A DNA stretch of 63,784 nucleotides, filler included, from Chiloscyllium plagiosum (GCF_004010195.1; 4 parts of one record of this genome joined end to end with filler, not necessarily neighbours in it), one strand, 5' to 3'. Numbered from the whole stretch's first letter, positions 38,839 through 52,166 are shown. Translations and numbers: made by a program. Notes: generated from the sequence alone by a model not told the origin.

Positions 38839-40744
38839 TAGCACCTTTTATGACATCAGGGCTTCACAAAGCAGTTTAGAGCCAGTGAGCTCCCTTTATC
38901 TATATCCGTGTAGTTGCTGTGGTAATGTTGGAAACGTAGCAGCACGCCCAGTGAAGAGAAACAAAAAAAACAGGAGTAGCTGGAAAAGCTCAGCAGGTCT
39001 GGCAACATCCGTAGAGAGAAAGCAGAGTTAGTATTTTACATTCAGAAACCCCTCCTCGGTGGGAGAGACTAGGAGCTGAGGGCACAGCCTTGGAATAAAG
39101 GGAAGACCTTTTAGAATGGAGATAAGGAGAAACATCTTCAGCCAGAGGGTGGGGGATCTGAGGAATTCATTGCCACTGAAGGCTGTTGGGGGCCAGGTCA
39201 TTGAGTATATTTAAGACTGAGATAGATAGGTTCTTGAGTATCAGGGGGATCAAGGATTATGGGGAGAAAGTGGGAGAATGGGGTTGAGAAACATATCAGC
39301 CATGATTGAATGGCGGAGCAGACTCAATGGGCTGAATGGCCTAATTTCTGCTCCTATGTTTTATGGTTTTACGATGGTTTGTTTTTTATACAGAAGATTA
39401 GAGTGCGGGGATCGGGGTAAGGAGATTGGACAGGCTAGAACTGTTTTCATTGGAGCAGAGAAGATTGAGTGGTCGTTGGGAGGGGGTCATAATTGAGATG
39501 GATTATGTGGGCATAGATAGGGTGGGCAGGGAGAAACCATTTCCTGGGTGAAGGGGTCAATGACCGGGGGTGGAGTGGGAGGGCAATACATTTAAGGCAA
39601 GGGGCCGAAGGTTTCGAGGGGATGTTAGGGAAATTGTTTCACCCAGAGGGTGGTGAGAATCTGGAACACACTGCCTGGAAGGGCGGGTGGGGCAGAAAGT
39701 CTCATAATATTGAGATGTGTACTTGTGATGCTAAAGGCATACAAGGCTATAGACCAAGTACTGGGAAATGGGAATAGAATGGTTAGGTCATAGAATCTCT
39801 ACAGTGTGCAGACAGGCCCTTCGGCCCAACAAGACCACACTGACCTTCCAAAGAGCAACCCACCCAGACTCATTCCTCTACATTTACCCCTGATTAATGC
39901 AGCTAACACTATGGGCAATTTTCGCATGGCCAGTTCACCTGACCTGCACCTCATTGGCCTGTGGGAGGAAACCAGAGGAAGCCCACCCAGACACGGGGAA
40001 AACGTGCAAACTCCACACAGACAGTCGCCCGAGGCTGGAATCGAACCAGGTCCCTGGCACTGTGAGGCAGCAGGGCTAACCACCATGCAACCCCCTCACA
40101 GGTGGTTGTTTTTGACCATCATAAACTCGTTGGACCGAAGGGCGGTTCTCTGTGCTGTGTAGACCTTTGCGACTTTAAACCCTCACAAACAAAACGTGTC
40201 ATCGAGCAGGCAGCCTGCCTTTGGTGGGCCTGAGCACAGGAGCAGCCATTGTTAGTGAGGTCACTCGTGAGTGCCTCATGTGTTCCTCTTCCAATCTGTG
40301 CCATCCCAGCAGACGGCTTTGGCGTAATGTCCTATCTGAAAGATGATGATGACACTGGCAGTGTAGCACCCCCGCACTGGTACTCGCTCTGGATTAGAAA
40401 CCCTGGGTCTGCACCTCCTCCACACTCTGAGGTGACAGTGCGACCCAATGAGGCACCAATAAAGGGTTAAGGATCCCCCTGTGATAACTTTCTCAGCGGA
40501 AATCACAAAACCAAGTGGGGCTTTTGGATCACTTTCTGTTTCCCGTATTTCCACACAGTCCCTGGGAAAGGTACAAAACCATTGACAAGAATAATAGCAA
40601 GACTGGCAGACGGCATCGCTCAGGAAGTCCAACAGACAGGGCAGGTGACCCCATGTACATCTTTAATATGATTTTAAAAATGGGGCTGTTTGGAGAGGGG
40701 TACAGACCTTGTTTCCACTTGCTGTGCCATTATATTCCGAAGTA

Positions 40745-41856
40745 AGCTTCCCCACGGTGCACTCATTCAGAAAGTTAGGAGGTATGGGATACAGGGAGAT
40801 TTGGCTGTCTGGATACAGAATTGGCTGGCCAAAAGAAGACAGCTAGTGGATGGAAAGTATTCCGTCTGGAGGTCGGTGACAAGTGGTGTCCCGCAGGGAT
40901 GTGTTCTTGGGCCTCTGCTCTTTGCAGTTTTTAATAAATGACTTGGATGAGGAAGTGGAAGGGTGGGTTAGTAAGTTGCCAATGACACCAAGGTCGGTGG
41001 TGTTGTAGATAGTGTCAAGGGCTGTTGCAGGCTTCAACAAGACACTGACCAAGATAAGATGCAGAGCTGGGCTGAGAAGTGGCAGATGGAGTTCAACCTG
41101 GATAAATGCAAAGTGATTCATTTTGGAAGGTCGAATTTGAATATTGGATACAGGGTTAAAGGCAGGATTCTTGGCAGTGTGGAGGGACAACAAGATCTTG
41201 AAGTCCATGTACATAGATCCCTGAAAGTTGCCACCCAAGTTGATAGGGTTGTTAAGGTGTACGGTGTTTTGGCTTTCATTAACAAGGAGGTTGGGTTTAA
41301 GAGCTGCGAAGTTATGCTGCAGCTCTATAAAGTCCCGGTTAGACCACCCTTGGAATATTGTGTCCAGTTCTGGTCACCTCAGTGTAGGAGGGATGTAGAT
41401 GTTTTAAAGAGGATGTAGGGGAGATTTACCAAGATGCTGCCTGGATTGGAGGGATGTCTTCTGAAGAGAGGTTGAGTGAGCTCAGGCTTTTCATGCGGAA
41501 GGGGGAAGAGAGGTGACTTGATAGAGATGTACATGGTAATGAGAGGCAGAGACAGAGTAGATAACCAGAGACTTTTCCCCAGAAAATGGCTGTCATGAGG
41601 GGTCATAATTCTAAAGTAATTGGAGGAAGGTATCGGAGAGGTCAGTTCTTTATGCAGAGAGTGATGGGGGTGTGGAATGTACTGCCAGTGGGGTGGCGAG
41701 TCAGAGACATTAGGGACATTTAAGCGACTGCTGGACAAGCACATGGATGGCAATAAATTGAGGGGTGTGCAGGTTAGGTTGACCTTAGATTAAGATAAAG
41801 GCTCGGCACAACATTACGTGCCGAAGGGCCTGTACTGTGCTGGACTGTTCTATGTT
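40745..41856 (+). mobile_element. CR1 LINE ORF2 3' remnant in desmin intron 5
   Basis: WIQNWL...GVPQGCVLGP...WQMEFNLDKCKVIHFG...LEYCVQFWS. Confidence 0.9.
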
Positions 41857-44595
41857 GTAAGTGGAATTCACCTCCATGGGGCGTGCTGGGAATAAGCAGC
41901 TTCGGTGCATTCAAAACAAAATTTAAATGCACGCTGCATCATTCATGAGGGGAAAGGAAAGGTTAAGTAGAAAGAGTAGAATCATTGCTGCCCAAACACA
42001 GCATAGACTAGATGGACCAAATGGCCTCTTTCCATGCTATAAATGTTACATCCCAGGGCTTAATGGAATGACACACCTTACACCAGGTAGAACATTGTAG
42101 AACTCTGGACTCAAAGGATAGAACTGGAGCCAATCTTTACATATTTGCAAAGTTTTTTTAACCAGACCCGTTTCAATTGTAACACTGCTGCACCAGACTT
42201 TGTTGGAAACTGGGAATTTGTAATGGACCAGTGAGGGCAGTAGGGCTGCCAGGACATCAGTGATCATTGAGAGACCAGTCTGCCCCTTTATCAGTGAGAA
42301 TAAAGGATGGAGCAATAAATAATAACCAAGAACACAAGTAGATTAGAATCAAATCAGGTGCAGATGGAGGTAAAACAGAGAGAGAGAGAGAGACATGGGC
42401 CGGATTAAAGGAGTGAGATTAAAGAGACAAATTGTAACATTAAGAATTCATGGTGATGATTTTTTTTCTGAAATCTCCTCAAACAATTGACAACCTGAAG
42501 GAATGACGTTTTACTTTTATTAATTGTTCACTTTCTGGGCCGGAGAGATTGATGAACAGTTAACAATTTTAAGATTGTTATAAGGCAACTTGCATTGTCA
42601 GTTATTAAACAAGTTCCTGAGTCCAAAGTAATGAGCAAAATCAATGAGGAATGCAGCAGCTTCATAAAATTCCCAGGGCTACCTCTTCATAAAGCTCTCC
42701 AAATTACTGAATAACCTGGGACACGACACAGCTCACTGACTGTGGTCACTTCAGAGACATTGGGCAGGTGAATTGTGTGAGGGGCCTGGATCAGTTAGGA
42801 CTATATTCGCTGGAGTTCAGAAAAATGAGGGATCTCATAGGAACCTATAAAACTCTAACAGGACTACACAGGGATAAACACAGGAAGGATGTTCCTGATG
42901 ACCAGGGAGTCCCGAATCAGGGCGTCACAGTGTGAGGAAACGGGGTAGGCCCTTTCGGACTGAGCTGAGGAGAAATGTCTTCCCCCAGAGAGTGGGGAGC
43001 CTGGAGAATTCTCTGTCACAGAGAGTGGTCAAGGCCAAAACATTGAAGGTTTCCAAGAAGGAGTCAGTTGTGGTTCTTAGAGCTAAAGGGGTCAAAGGTT
43101 ACAGGGAGGATGAGGGAACTGATTTTGATCTGATCTCATGAACAAGGAGCAATAGTAGGCCATTCGGCCCTTCGAGCCTGTCTCTTCCCCCCCCCCCCCC
43201 GCCCCCCCCATTCAATATGATCGTGGCTGATGAGATTTTAACCTCGACTCGACATTCCTACACACTCCCGATAATCTTCCATCCCCCTCAGTCATCCATT
43301 ATCTATCTTCACCTGCCTTAAAAATATCTAAAGACTCTGCATCCACTTTTGAGGATGGGAACTCCAAAGACTCAAATCCCACTGAGAGGGAAAAGTGTTC
43401 CCTCATCTCTGTCTTAAATGAGCGACTCCTTATTTTTAAACCGTGATCCTAGTTCTAGATTCTCCCACAAAAGGAAACCTCCTTTCCACATCCCCTCAGG
43501 GGCTGACCCGTTTCAACTAAGTCACCACTGACTCTGCTAAACTTCAGAGGAGGAAGTGGGTACTGCAGATGCTGGAGATCAGAGTCAAGATCTGAGTGGT
43601 GCTGGCAAAGCACAGCAGGTCAGGCAGCATCCGAGGAGCAGGAAAATCGACGTTTCAGGCAAAAGCCCTTCATCAGGAATGACCTGCTGTGCTTTTCTGG
43701 CACCACTCTAATCTAAGCTCCAGAGGATACAGGCCCAGCCTGTGTAGCCTTTCCTCAAAAGACAATCCCCTCATTCCAGGGATGAGTCCACTAAAACTTC
43801 TCTGGATTGTTTTCAATGTATTATGATCCCTTTGTCAGTTCACCAAACAGCTCTATACGTAGCACAGTCAGTTCCGCTCTAACATGTAGCAAATCTAATC
43901 TAATGACTTTTGTTAACACAAATTGGCCGTAACGTGATCAGTGAATAGGGAACATGGGTTTCCAAAACATGAACTTGTAAAATGTGCGTTTGCTACAACA
44001 TGATTAGTTCGCCAACACTTCCAGTGTTACGTGTATAGCGTGGGGTGACGCAGGAACAGACTAAAGGCATGACAGGAGAAACGACTGTATTCTGGGTTCA
44101 CTCTCACCCATACCCTGTATAGCTGAGGCATAACCTCCCTACTCATGAACTCAGTTCCCCTCACAATAAAACACAACTTTTGATGAGCTTCCCTGATTAC
44201 TTGCTGTACCTCCCCTCTTGTCCCACCAGGAAGCCCAGATCCCTCTGCATCTGTGCACCATTTACAAAGCATACTTCTTTCTTTTTGGTCTTTTTGCAAA
44301 GATGGACAATTTCCCACATTGCACGTCATTTGCCAGATCATTACCCATTCACTTTCTACAACCCATGGATGATCGTACTGAATTAGAGAATACTCGAAGG
44401 GCCGAATGGCCTACTCCTGCTCCTATTGTTGAGGTGGTTGGCTTTGGTAATGCCGGTGGGGTTTGGTGTTAGAGCCCATTATTTACCCGGTTGGGCTGTG
44501 GGTCAAGCCCGATTCACTGCAGGGTGACCTGGGAGGGGATAGGGGAGACCTCGCCTCAGGTGTCGCTGGGCTCTCACCCGGAGCTCTCTCGGCAG

Positions 44596-44816
44596 AACGA
44601 GTCCCTGATGCGGCAGATGCGGGAGATGGAGGAGAGGTTTGCTGGGGAGGCAGCCGGTTACACCGACAGCATCGCCCGCTTGGAGGACGAGATCCGCCAT
44701 CTGAAGGACGAGATGGCGCGACATCTGCGGGAATATCAGGAGCTGCTCAACGTCAAGATGGCCTTGGACGTGGAGATCGCCACCTACAGGAAGCTGCTGG
44801 AAGGTGAAGAGAGCAG
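44596..44816 (+). CDS. des: Desmin exon 6 (coil 2B, helix-termination motif)
   Basis: Acceptor ctctctcggcAG, donor GTATGT, 221 nt. Reads [74 protein letters not shown]. Confidence 0.97.
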
Positions 44817-45164
44817 GTATGTCCCCCTCCCGTCTTCACCCCATAGAATCGAATCCCCACAGTGTGGAAACAGGCCATTTGGCCCAGCAAGTCCACACCG
44901 ACCCTCCGAAGAGTAACCCACCCAGACCCATTCCCCTATATTTACCCCTGACTAATGCACCTAACACAATATAGCATGGCCTATCCACCCTAACCGACAC
45001 AGATACGGGGAAAATGTGCAAACCCCACACAGACAGTCGCCTGAGGTTGGAATCAAACCTGGGACCCTGGTGCTGTGAGGCAATAATGCTAGCCACTGAG
45101 CCACCGTGCTGCTCCCCATCTCTGTCTGTCCTCACTGTTGCCCTGGCCTGGGGGGTGGGAGGTA

Positions 45165-45298
45165 TGAAATAACTCCCCAATGGCCAGTATCCCGTCACCA
45201 AGTCACCCTTTATTTACATGCGGAGAGTCACTGACACTGATCCTTTTTCCTCAGGGCCAGCTCTCAGAGTGAGCAGAACCTCTGACTCTCTTGTTTAT
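45165..45298 (-). mobile_element. Solo-LTR family X, 3' half, interrupted at the TATA box
   Basis: TGAAATAACTCC...tatcccgtcaccaagtcaccctttatttaca...ctctgactctcttgtttat, then an abrupt T-rich tract. Confidence 0.8.
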
Positions 45299-45587
45299 TT
45301 TGTTTTTTTTTCTTTTTTCTCTTTTTTTCTTTTTTTTGCTGTGTGACAAGCACTGCCCTTAAATCCCTGTTTTTTTTTTAAAACCCCCACACTACCGCCT
45401 AAGTGCGGTAGTGCTTATTTTTATTTCCCCAGCACCCATGGTGTGTGTGTGCAGGTGTGAGACACAGTGAAAGACACAAAGTGCACGAATCTTTATTCAA
45501 TTTCCACCTCCAGGAAGATAGGAAAACACCCGGGTGGCCAGTGACAAACGCTGCCCTTCACATCAAAGGGCAGTGCTGTGTGATCAA
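45299..45587 (-). mobile_element. Poly(A)-tailed non-LTR retroelement 3' end (family Y), running into a gap
   Basis: T-tracts at 45299-45337 and 45370-45379, minus-strand AATAAA, 9-bp stem CACTACCGC/GCGGTAGTG (45390-45413). Homologous to 8651-8821. Confidence 0.75.
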
Positions 45588-46408
45588 NNNNNNNNNNNNN
45601 NNNNNNNNNNNNNNNNNNNNNNNNNNNNNNNNNNNNNNNNNNNNNNNNNNNNNNNNNNNNNNNNNNNNNNNNNNNNNNNNNNNNNNNNNNNNNNNNNNNN
45701 NNNNNNNNNNNNNNNNNNNNNNNNNNNNNNNNNNNNNNNNNNNNNNNNNNNNNNNNNNNNNNNNNNNNNNNNNNNNNNNNNNNNNNNNNNNNNNNNNNNN
45801 NNNNNNNNNNNNNNNNNNNNNNNNNNNNNNNNNNNNNNNNNNNNNNNNNNNNNNNNNNNNNNNNNNNNNNNNNNNNNNNNNNNNNNNNNNNNNNNNNNNN
45901 NNNNNNNNNNNNNNNNNNNNNNNNNNNNNNNNNNNNNNNNNNNNNNNNNNNNNNNNNNNNNNNNNNNNNNNNNNNNNNNNNNNNNNNNNNNNNNNNNNNN
46001 NNNNNNNNNNNNNNNNNNNNNNNNNNNNNNNNNNNNNNNNNNNNNNNNNNNNNNNNNNNNNNNNNNNNNNNNNNNNNNNNNNNNNNNNNNNNNNNNNNNN
46101 NNNNNNNNNNNNNNNNNNNNNNNNNNNNNNNNNNNNNNNNNNNNNNNNNNNNNNNNNNNNNNNNNNNNNNNNNNNNNNNNNNNNNNNNNNNNNNNNNNNN
46201 NNNNNNNNNNNNNNNNNNNNNNNNNNNNNNNNNNNNNNNNNNNNNNNNNNNNNNNNNNNNNNNNNNNNNNNNNNNNNNNNNNNNNNNNNNNNNNNNNNNN
46301 NNNNNNNNNNNNNNNNNNNNNNNNNNNNNNNNNNNNNNNNNNNNNNNNNNNNNNNNNNNNNNNNNNNNNNNNNNNNNNNNNNNNNNNNNNNNNNNNNNNN
46401 NNNNNNNN

Positions 46409-46810
46409 AGCACTGACCCTCTGACAGTGCGGCACTCCCTCAGCACTGATCCTCCGACAGTGCGGCACTCCCTCAGCACTGACCCTCTGACAGTGCGACA
46501 CTCCCAAAGCACTGATCCTCTGACAGTGCAGCACTCCCTCAGTACTGACCCTCTGACAGTGCCGCACTCCCTCAGCACTGACCCTCCGACAGTGCAGCAC
46601 TCCCTCAGTGCTGACTGTCTGACAGTGCGGCACTCCCTCAGTACTGACCCTCTGACAGTGCGGCACTCCCTCAGCACTGACCCTCCGACAGTGCAGCACT
46701 CCCTCAGTACTGACCCTCTGCCAGTGCGGCACTCCCTCAGCACTGACCCTCCGACAGTGCATCACTCCCTCAGTACTGACCCCTGACAGTGTGGCACTCC
46801 CTCCGCACTG
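46409..46810. repeat. 33-bp minisatellite, about 12 visible units (extends into gap)
   Basis: Unit CACTGACCCTC(T/C)GACAGTGC(G/A)GCACTCCCTCAG, head-to-tail. Confidence 0.95.
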
Positions 46811-49639
46811 AGTTAGTATTTATTTTTTGTTGAGGTGTCTCTGGTTTGACTTGAGCCCACCGCGTTCCACACGGGTCCCAATATTCATCTGAGACAAAAC
46901 ACTTACATTTGTATAGCCCCATTTCATGATATTGGGACGTCCTGAAGCACTGACAGCCAATCGCTATCATGTTTCTAAAATTGGAAATGTTGTGGCACAG
47001 CAAGATCCCACAAGCTGGGACTGACAGTAAAACTATTATTAGTGCTGTTAATTGAATATTATCTCTGAGACACTGGGGAATAATTACTAAATGGAATTTC
47101 ACAATATTGTCCCTGGGATCTCTATATTCCTCCTGGCAGATCCAGCAGGGTCTGGGCTGGGCTGTAATGGATTCCATGTGGCTGTGGAGAGATCTTTGAC
47201 CAACACTGATCACATTGTACAAAGTGACCTGTTCCCTGCTGTGAAGGTTTCGTCTCAACAGGAATTGGAGTCATAGAGATGTACAGCAGCAGAGACAGAC
47301 CCTTTGGTCCAACCCGTCCATGCCGACCAGGTATCCCAATCCAATCTCGCCAGCACCCGGCCCATACCCCTCCAAACCCTTCCTATTCATATACCCATCC
47401 AAATGCCTCTTAAATGTTGTTATTGTACCAGCCTCCACCACTTCCTCTGGCAGCTCATTCCATACACGTACCACCCTCTACGTGAAAAAGTTGCCCCTTA
47501 GGTNNNNNNNNNNNNNNNNNNNNNNNNNNNNNNNNNNNNNNNNNNNNNNNNNNNNNNNNNNNNNNNNNNNNNNNNNNNNNNNNNNNNNNNNNNNNNNNNN
47601 NNNNNNNNNNNNNNNNNNNNNNNNNNNNNNNNNNNNNNNNNNNNNNNNNNNNNNNNNNNNNNNNNNNNNNNNNNNNNNNNNNNNNNNNNNNNNNNNNNNN
47701 NNNNNNNNNNNNNNNNNNNNNNNNNNNNNNNNNNNNNNNNNNNNNNNNNNNNNNNNNNNNNNNNNNNNNNNNNNNNNNNNNNNNNNNNNNNNNNNNNNNN
47801 NNNNNNNNNNNNNNNNNNNNNNNNNNNNNNNNNNNNNNNNNNNNNNNNNNNNNNNNNNNNNNNNNNNNNNNNNNNNNNNNNNNNNNNNNNNNNNNNNNNN
47901 NNNNNNNNNNNNNNNNNNNNNNNNNNNNNNNNNNNNNNNNNNNNNNNNNNNNNNNNNNNNNNNNNNNNNNNNNNNNNNNNNNNNNNNNNNNNNNNNNNNN
48001 NNNNNNNNNNNNNNNNNNNNNNNNNNNNNNNNNNNNNNNNNNNNNNNNNNNNNNNNNNNNNNNNNNNNNNNNNNNNNNNNNNNNNNNNNNNNNNNNNNNN
48101 NNNNNNNNNNNNNNNNNNNNNNNNNNNNNNNNNNNNNNNNNNNNNNNNNNNNNNNNNNNNNNNNNNNNNNNNNNNNNNNNNNNNNNNNNNNNNNNNNNNN
48201 NNNNNNNNNNNNNNNNNNNNNNNNNNNNNNNNNNNNNNNNNNNNNNNNNNNNNNNNNNNNNNNNNNNNNNNNNNNNNNNNNNNNNNNNNNNNNNNNNNNN
48301 NNNNNNNNNNNNNNNNNNNNNNNNNNNNNNNNNNNNNNNNNNNNNNNNNNNNNNNNNNNNNNNNNNNNNNNNNNNNNNNNNNNNNNNNNNNNNNNNNNNN
48401 NNNNNNNNNNNNNNNNNNNNNNNNNNNNNNNNNNNNNNNNNNNNNNNNNNNNNNNNNNNNNNNNNNNNNNNNNNNNNNNAGATAGATAGCGAGGGATTGA
48501 GAGAGGGGGGAGAGATGGTCACAGAAAGCAGGAGGTGTGAACAGAGGGTTCAGGGAAAGAGAGAGAGAGAAGGAGAAAGACCAGACAGATAGAGAGAGAG
48601 AGGGACAGAGGATAGAGAGAGAGAGAGTGGGAAAGTGAGGGAAGAAGGATAGAGGGTGGGAGGACAGAGTGAGATGTGTGCGGGGCTGTGAGGGGAGACA
48701 TGAGGTAGGGTGGGGACAATTCTGTTGCACGTGGACACGTGGTGGGATAGTGTTAATGTCCTGGGTCAGTAATCCTGAATCACAGGCCAGTGGTTCAAAT
48801 CCCTCCATTGAGGGTGAAATTTGATTTTAATTCATAAATCTGAAATTAAAAATGAGTCTGAAGGACTTTCATTGTTGTAAATAAACCTATCTGTTTCCCT
48901 CGGGAAGGAAGCTGTCATCTTTACCTGGTCTGGCCGAGATGTGACTCCAGACCCACAGCATTGTGGGTGACTCTCACTGCCCTTTGACCCAGTTCAGGGG
49001 CAGTTAGGGATGGGCAATAAATGCTCACCCAGTCAGCAATGCCCACATTTGGTGAAAGAACACTTTAATAAGAACCTGAATGAGAGAAAGGGCCCTGCAT
49101 TTCTCTAGCACCAGGTTCAGATGGTCTCTGAGTGCTTCCCCTGGACCTGGGGCTCACTGTCAGGAACATAGGAAATCCTGCAGCCAATTTGTACACAGTA
49201 AGATCCCGCGGATGAGGTAGTTGATAGAGGGATACACAAATGTGGAAGAGATAGAGGGGAGAGCACTTTGCAATAATGGGCTGTAGCCCCATCCAGAAGC
49301 TCAGATAGGGTGGGGAGGATGGGTGGGGGGAGATTGCGGTGTGGTGTTGAGATGAATGTCTTTGCCGTGAATGAGGGGTGAGGGTCTTCCTCACTCGAAG
49401 GGAGACTGCGAGTGAGGGTCAGCGCACCAGGGAGAGGGAGGGCATCGCAAGGTCAGTGTTTGTTGGGGGGACAGGTGGGCTGGGGTCCAAGTGAGGAGCA
49501 GGGTCCCACTGAGCGCTGGCTGCTATTTGGAATGAGAGGCGTGCCTTTAGATAGCGCCTGTCACAGCCTGAAGGCTTCCCCAGAGATCCGATGCTGAGTC
49601 AGTAAAATGTGAAGGTGTGGTCACTATTGGAACATGTCC

Positions 49640-50220
49640 TAAGTTAAAAATCACACAACACCAGGTTATAGTCCAACAGGTTTAATTGGAAGCACTAGCT
49701 TTCGGAGCGACGCTCCTTCATCAGGTGGTTGTGGAGGTTAGGATCATAGGACACAGAATGTACAGCAAAAGATCACAGTGTCATGCAACTGAAATGATAT
49801 ATTGAACAAATCTGGATTGTTGTTAAGTCTTTCATCTTTGAGAATGGGTTACAGGTTTCAGTTCATTAATATGTAAATCCCAGAACTTCTTTTAAGTCAT
49901 ATTCTCGAGGTAACATATTAATGAACCGAAACCTGCAACCCATTCTAAAAGATGTAAGACTTACCAACGATCTCCCGGAGTAACGAGTTCAACACGCGGC
50001 GTGACATCGAACAATTCTTCCACCCCCTTCGCCTCCGCGCCCACTTCTTCAACCAGGACTCCCGCCCACCCTCTGACGACCCCTTCTCCCGCCTCCAACA
50101 CACCCCATCCACCTGGACACCCCGTGCTGGCCTCTTACCCACCCTCGATCTCTTCATAGCAAACTGCCGCCGCGACATTAACCGCCTCAACCTCTCCACC
50201 CCTCTTACCCACTCCAACCT
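49640..50220. mobile_element. Penelope-like element: inverted pLTR plus ORF fragment
   Basis: Minus-strand pLTR with hammerhead at 49693-49727. The plus strand reads NEFNTRRDIEQFFHPLRLRAHFFNQDSRPPSDDPFSRLQHTPSTWTPRAG... Confidence 0.75.
49693..49727 (-). ncRNA. Minimal hammerhead ribozyme motif (PLE family B)
   Basis: CAC-CTGATGA-A-GGAGC(GTC)GCTCC-GAAA-GCTA-GTG, intact. Confidence 0.7.
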
Positions 50221-50320
50221 NNNNNNNNNNNNNNNNNNNNNNNNNNNNNNNNNNNNNNNNNNNNTTAATTAATTAANNNNNNNNNNNNNNNNNNNNNNNN
50301 NNNNNNNNNNNNNNNNNNNN

Positions 50321-52166
50321 AACTTCCCTCCCTGTCCTGTCTGAAGCGTCTGCATCCTGGAACATTTAATTGCCAATTATGATGCCCTTCCTTCAACCAA
50401 GTCTCTGAGATTACAATAACATCATACTCCCAGGCACCAATCCAAGCCCTAAGTTCATCTGCCTTACACACTATACTCCTTGCATTAAAATAGATGCATT
50501 TCATGCCACTATTTTTTTTGCGCTCATCTGCTCTCTGTCTACTGTTCCCTTTATTAATACTATTTTCATAATTCTTACAGTCTCCAGTCACCACCTCACT
50601 GCCTACTTGTTTTCTCTTCTGGTTCCTAGCCCCCTGCCACATTAGATTAAAACCTCCCCAACAGTAGTAGCAAAAACTCCCCCAAGGACATTGATTCCGG
50701 TCTGGTTCAGGTGTAGACCGTCCATTTTGTAATAGTCCCACCTTCCCCAAAACTGGTCCCAATGTCCAACAAATCTGGACTCCTTCCTCCTACACCATCT
50801 CTCATATTGAATTTCATCAGCCATTTCTTAGACCATCTCCTAAACTGTCTAAATCTTTCTGCAGCCTCCCCACTTCCTCAGTACTATCTGCTTGCCCACC
50901 TAACTTCGTATCATCGGCGAACTTTGCCAGAATGCCCCCAGTCCCTTCATCCTGATCATTAATATATAATGTGAACAGCTGCAGCCCCAACACTGAACCC
51001 TGCGGGACACCGCTTGTCACCAGCTGCCATTCCAAGAAAGAACCTTTTATCCCAACTCTCTGCCTTCTGTCAGACGGCCAATCCTCAATCCATACCAGTA
51101 GCTCACCTCGAACACCATGGGCCCTCACCTTGCTCAGCAGCCTCCCGTGAGGCACCTTATCAAAGGCCTTTTGGAAGTCTAGGTAGATAGACAATAGACA
51201 ATAGGTGCAGGAGTAGGCCATTCTGCCCTTCGATTTTGGATTAGTGGTACTGGAAGAGCACAGCAGTTCAGGCAGCATCCGAGGAGCATGCTGCCTGAAG
51301 TGCTGTGCTCTTCCAGCACCACTAATCCAAAATCTGGTTTCCAGCATCTGCAGTCATTGTTTTTACCTAGTTGATTCTGCCCTTCGAGCCAGCACCACCA
51401 TTTATTATGATTATGGCTGATCATCCTCAATCAGTATCCTGTTCCTGCCTTATCCCCATAATCCTTGATTCCTCTATCCTTAAGAGCTCTATCCAACCCT
51501 TTCTTGAAAGTATCCAGAGAACTTGGCCTCCACAGCCTTCTGGGGCAGAGCATTCCACACACTCACCACTCTCTGGGTTAAGAAGTTTCTCCTCAACTCT
51601 GTTCTAAGTGGCCTACCCCTTATTTTTAAACTGTGTCCTCTGGTTCGGGACTCACCCATCATTGGAAACATGTTTCCTGCCTCCAGAGTGTCCAATCCTT
51701 TAATAATCTTATACATCTCAATCAGATCCCCTCTCAGCCTTCTAAACTCAAGGGTATACAAGCCCAGTCGCTCCAATCTTTCAGCCTAAGATAGTCCCGC
51801 CATTCTGGGAATTGACCTCGTGAACCTACACTGCACTCCCTCAATAGCCAGAATGTCTTTCCTCAAGTTTGGAGACCAGAACTGCGCACAATATTCCAGG
51901 TGTGGTCTCACCAGGGCCCTGTACAGCTGTAGAAGGACCTCTTTGCTTCTACACTCAATCCCTCTTGTTATGAAGGCCAGCATGCTATTAGCCTTCTTCA
52001 CTGCCTGCTGTACCTGCATGCTTGCTTTCATTGACCAATGTACAAGAACACCCAGATCTCGTTGTACTGCCCCATTACCTAACTTGACTCCATTTAGATA
52101 GTAATCTGCCTTCCTGTTCTTGCCACCAAAGTGGATAACCACACATTTATCCACATTAAACTGCAT
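50321..52166 (-). mobile_element. Stacked CR1-group LINE fragments (ORF1/EN/RT pieces plus a 3' end with (CTATTGT)n tail)
   Basis: CIYFNARSIVCKADELRAWI...ISETWL (APE endonuclease), LDFQKAFDKVPH...FADDTK, MQFNVDKC...; a PLE fold-back is nested at 51234-51373. Confidence 0.85.

Noticed and set aside
46409..46810. CRISPR-like array or repetitive protein ORFs (HSLSTDPLTV...)
   Set aside because: Units are head-to-tail with no unique spacers, the context is vertebrate with no cas genes, and the ORFs arise simply because 33 is divisible by 3.
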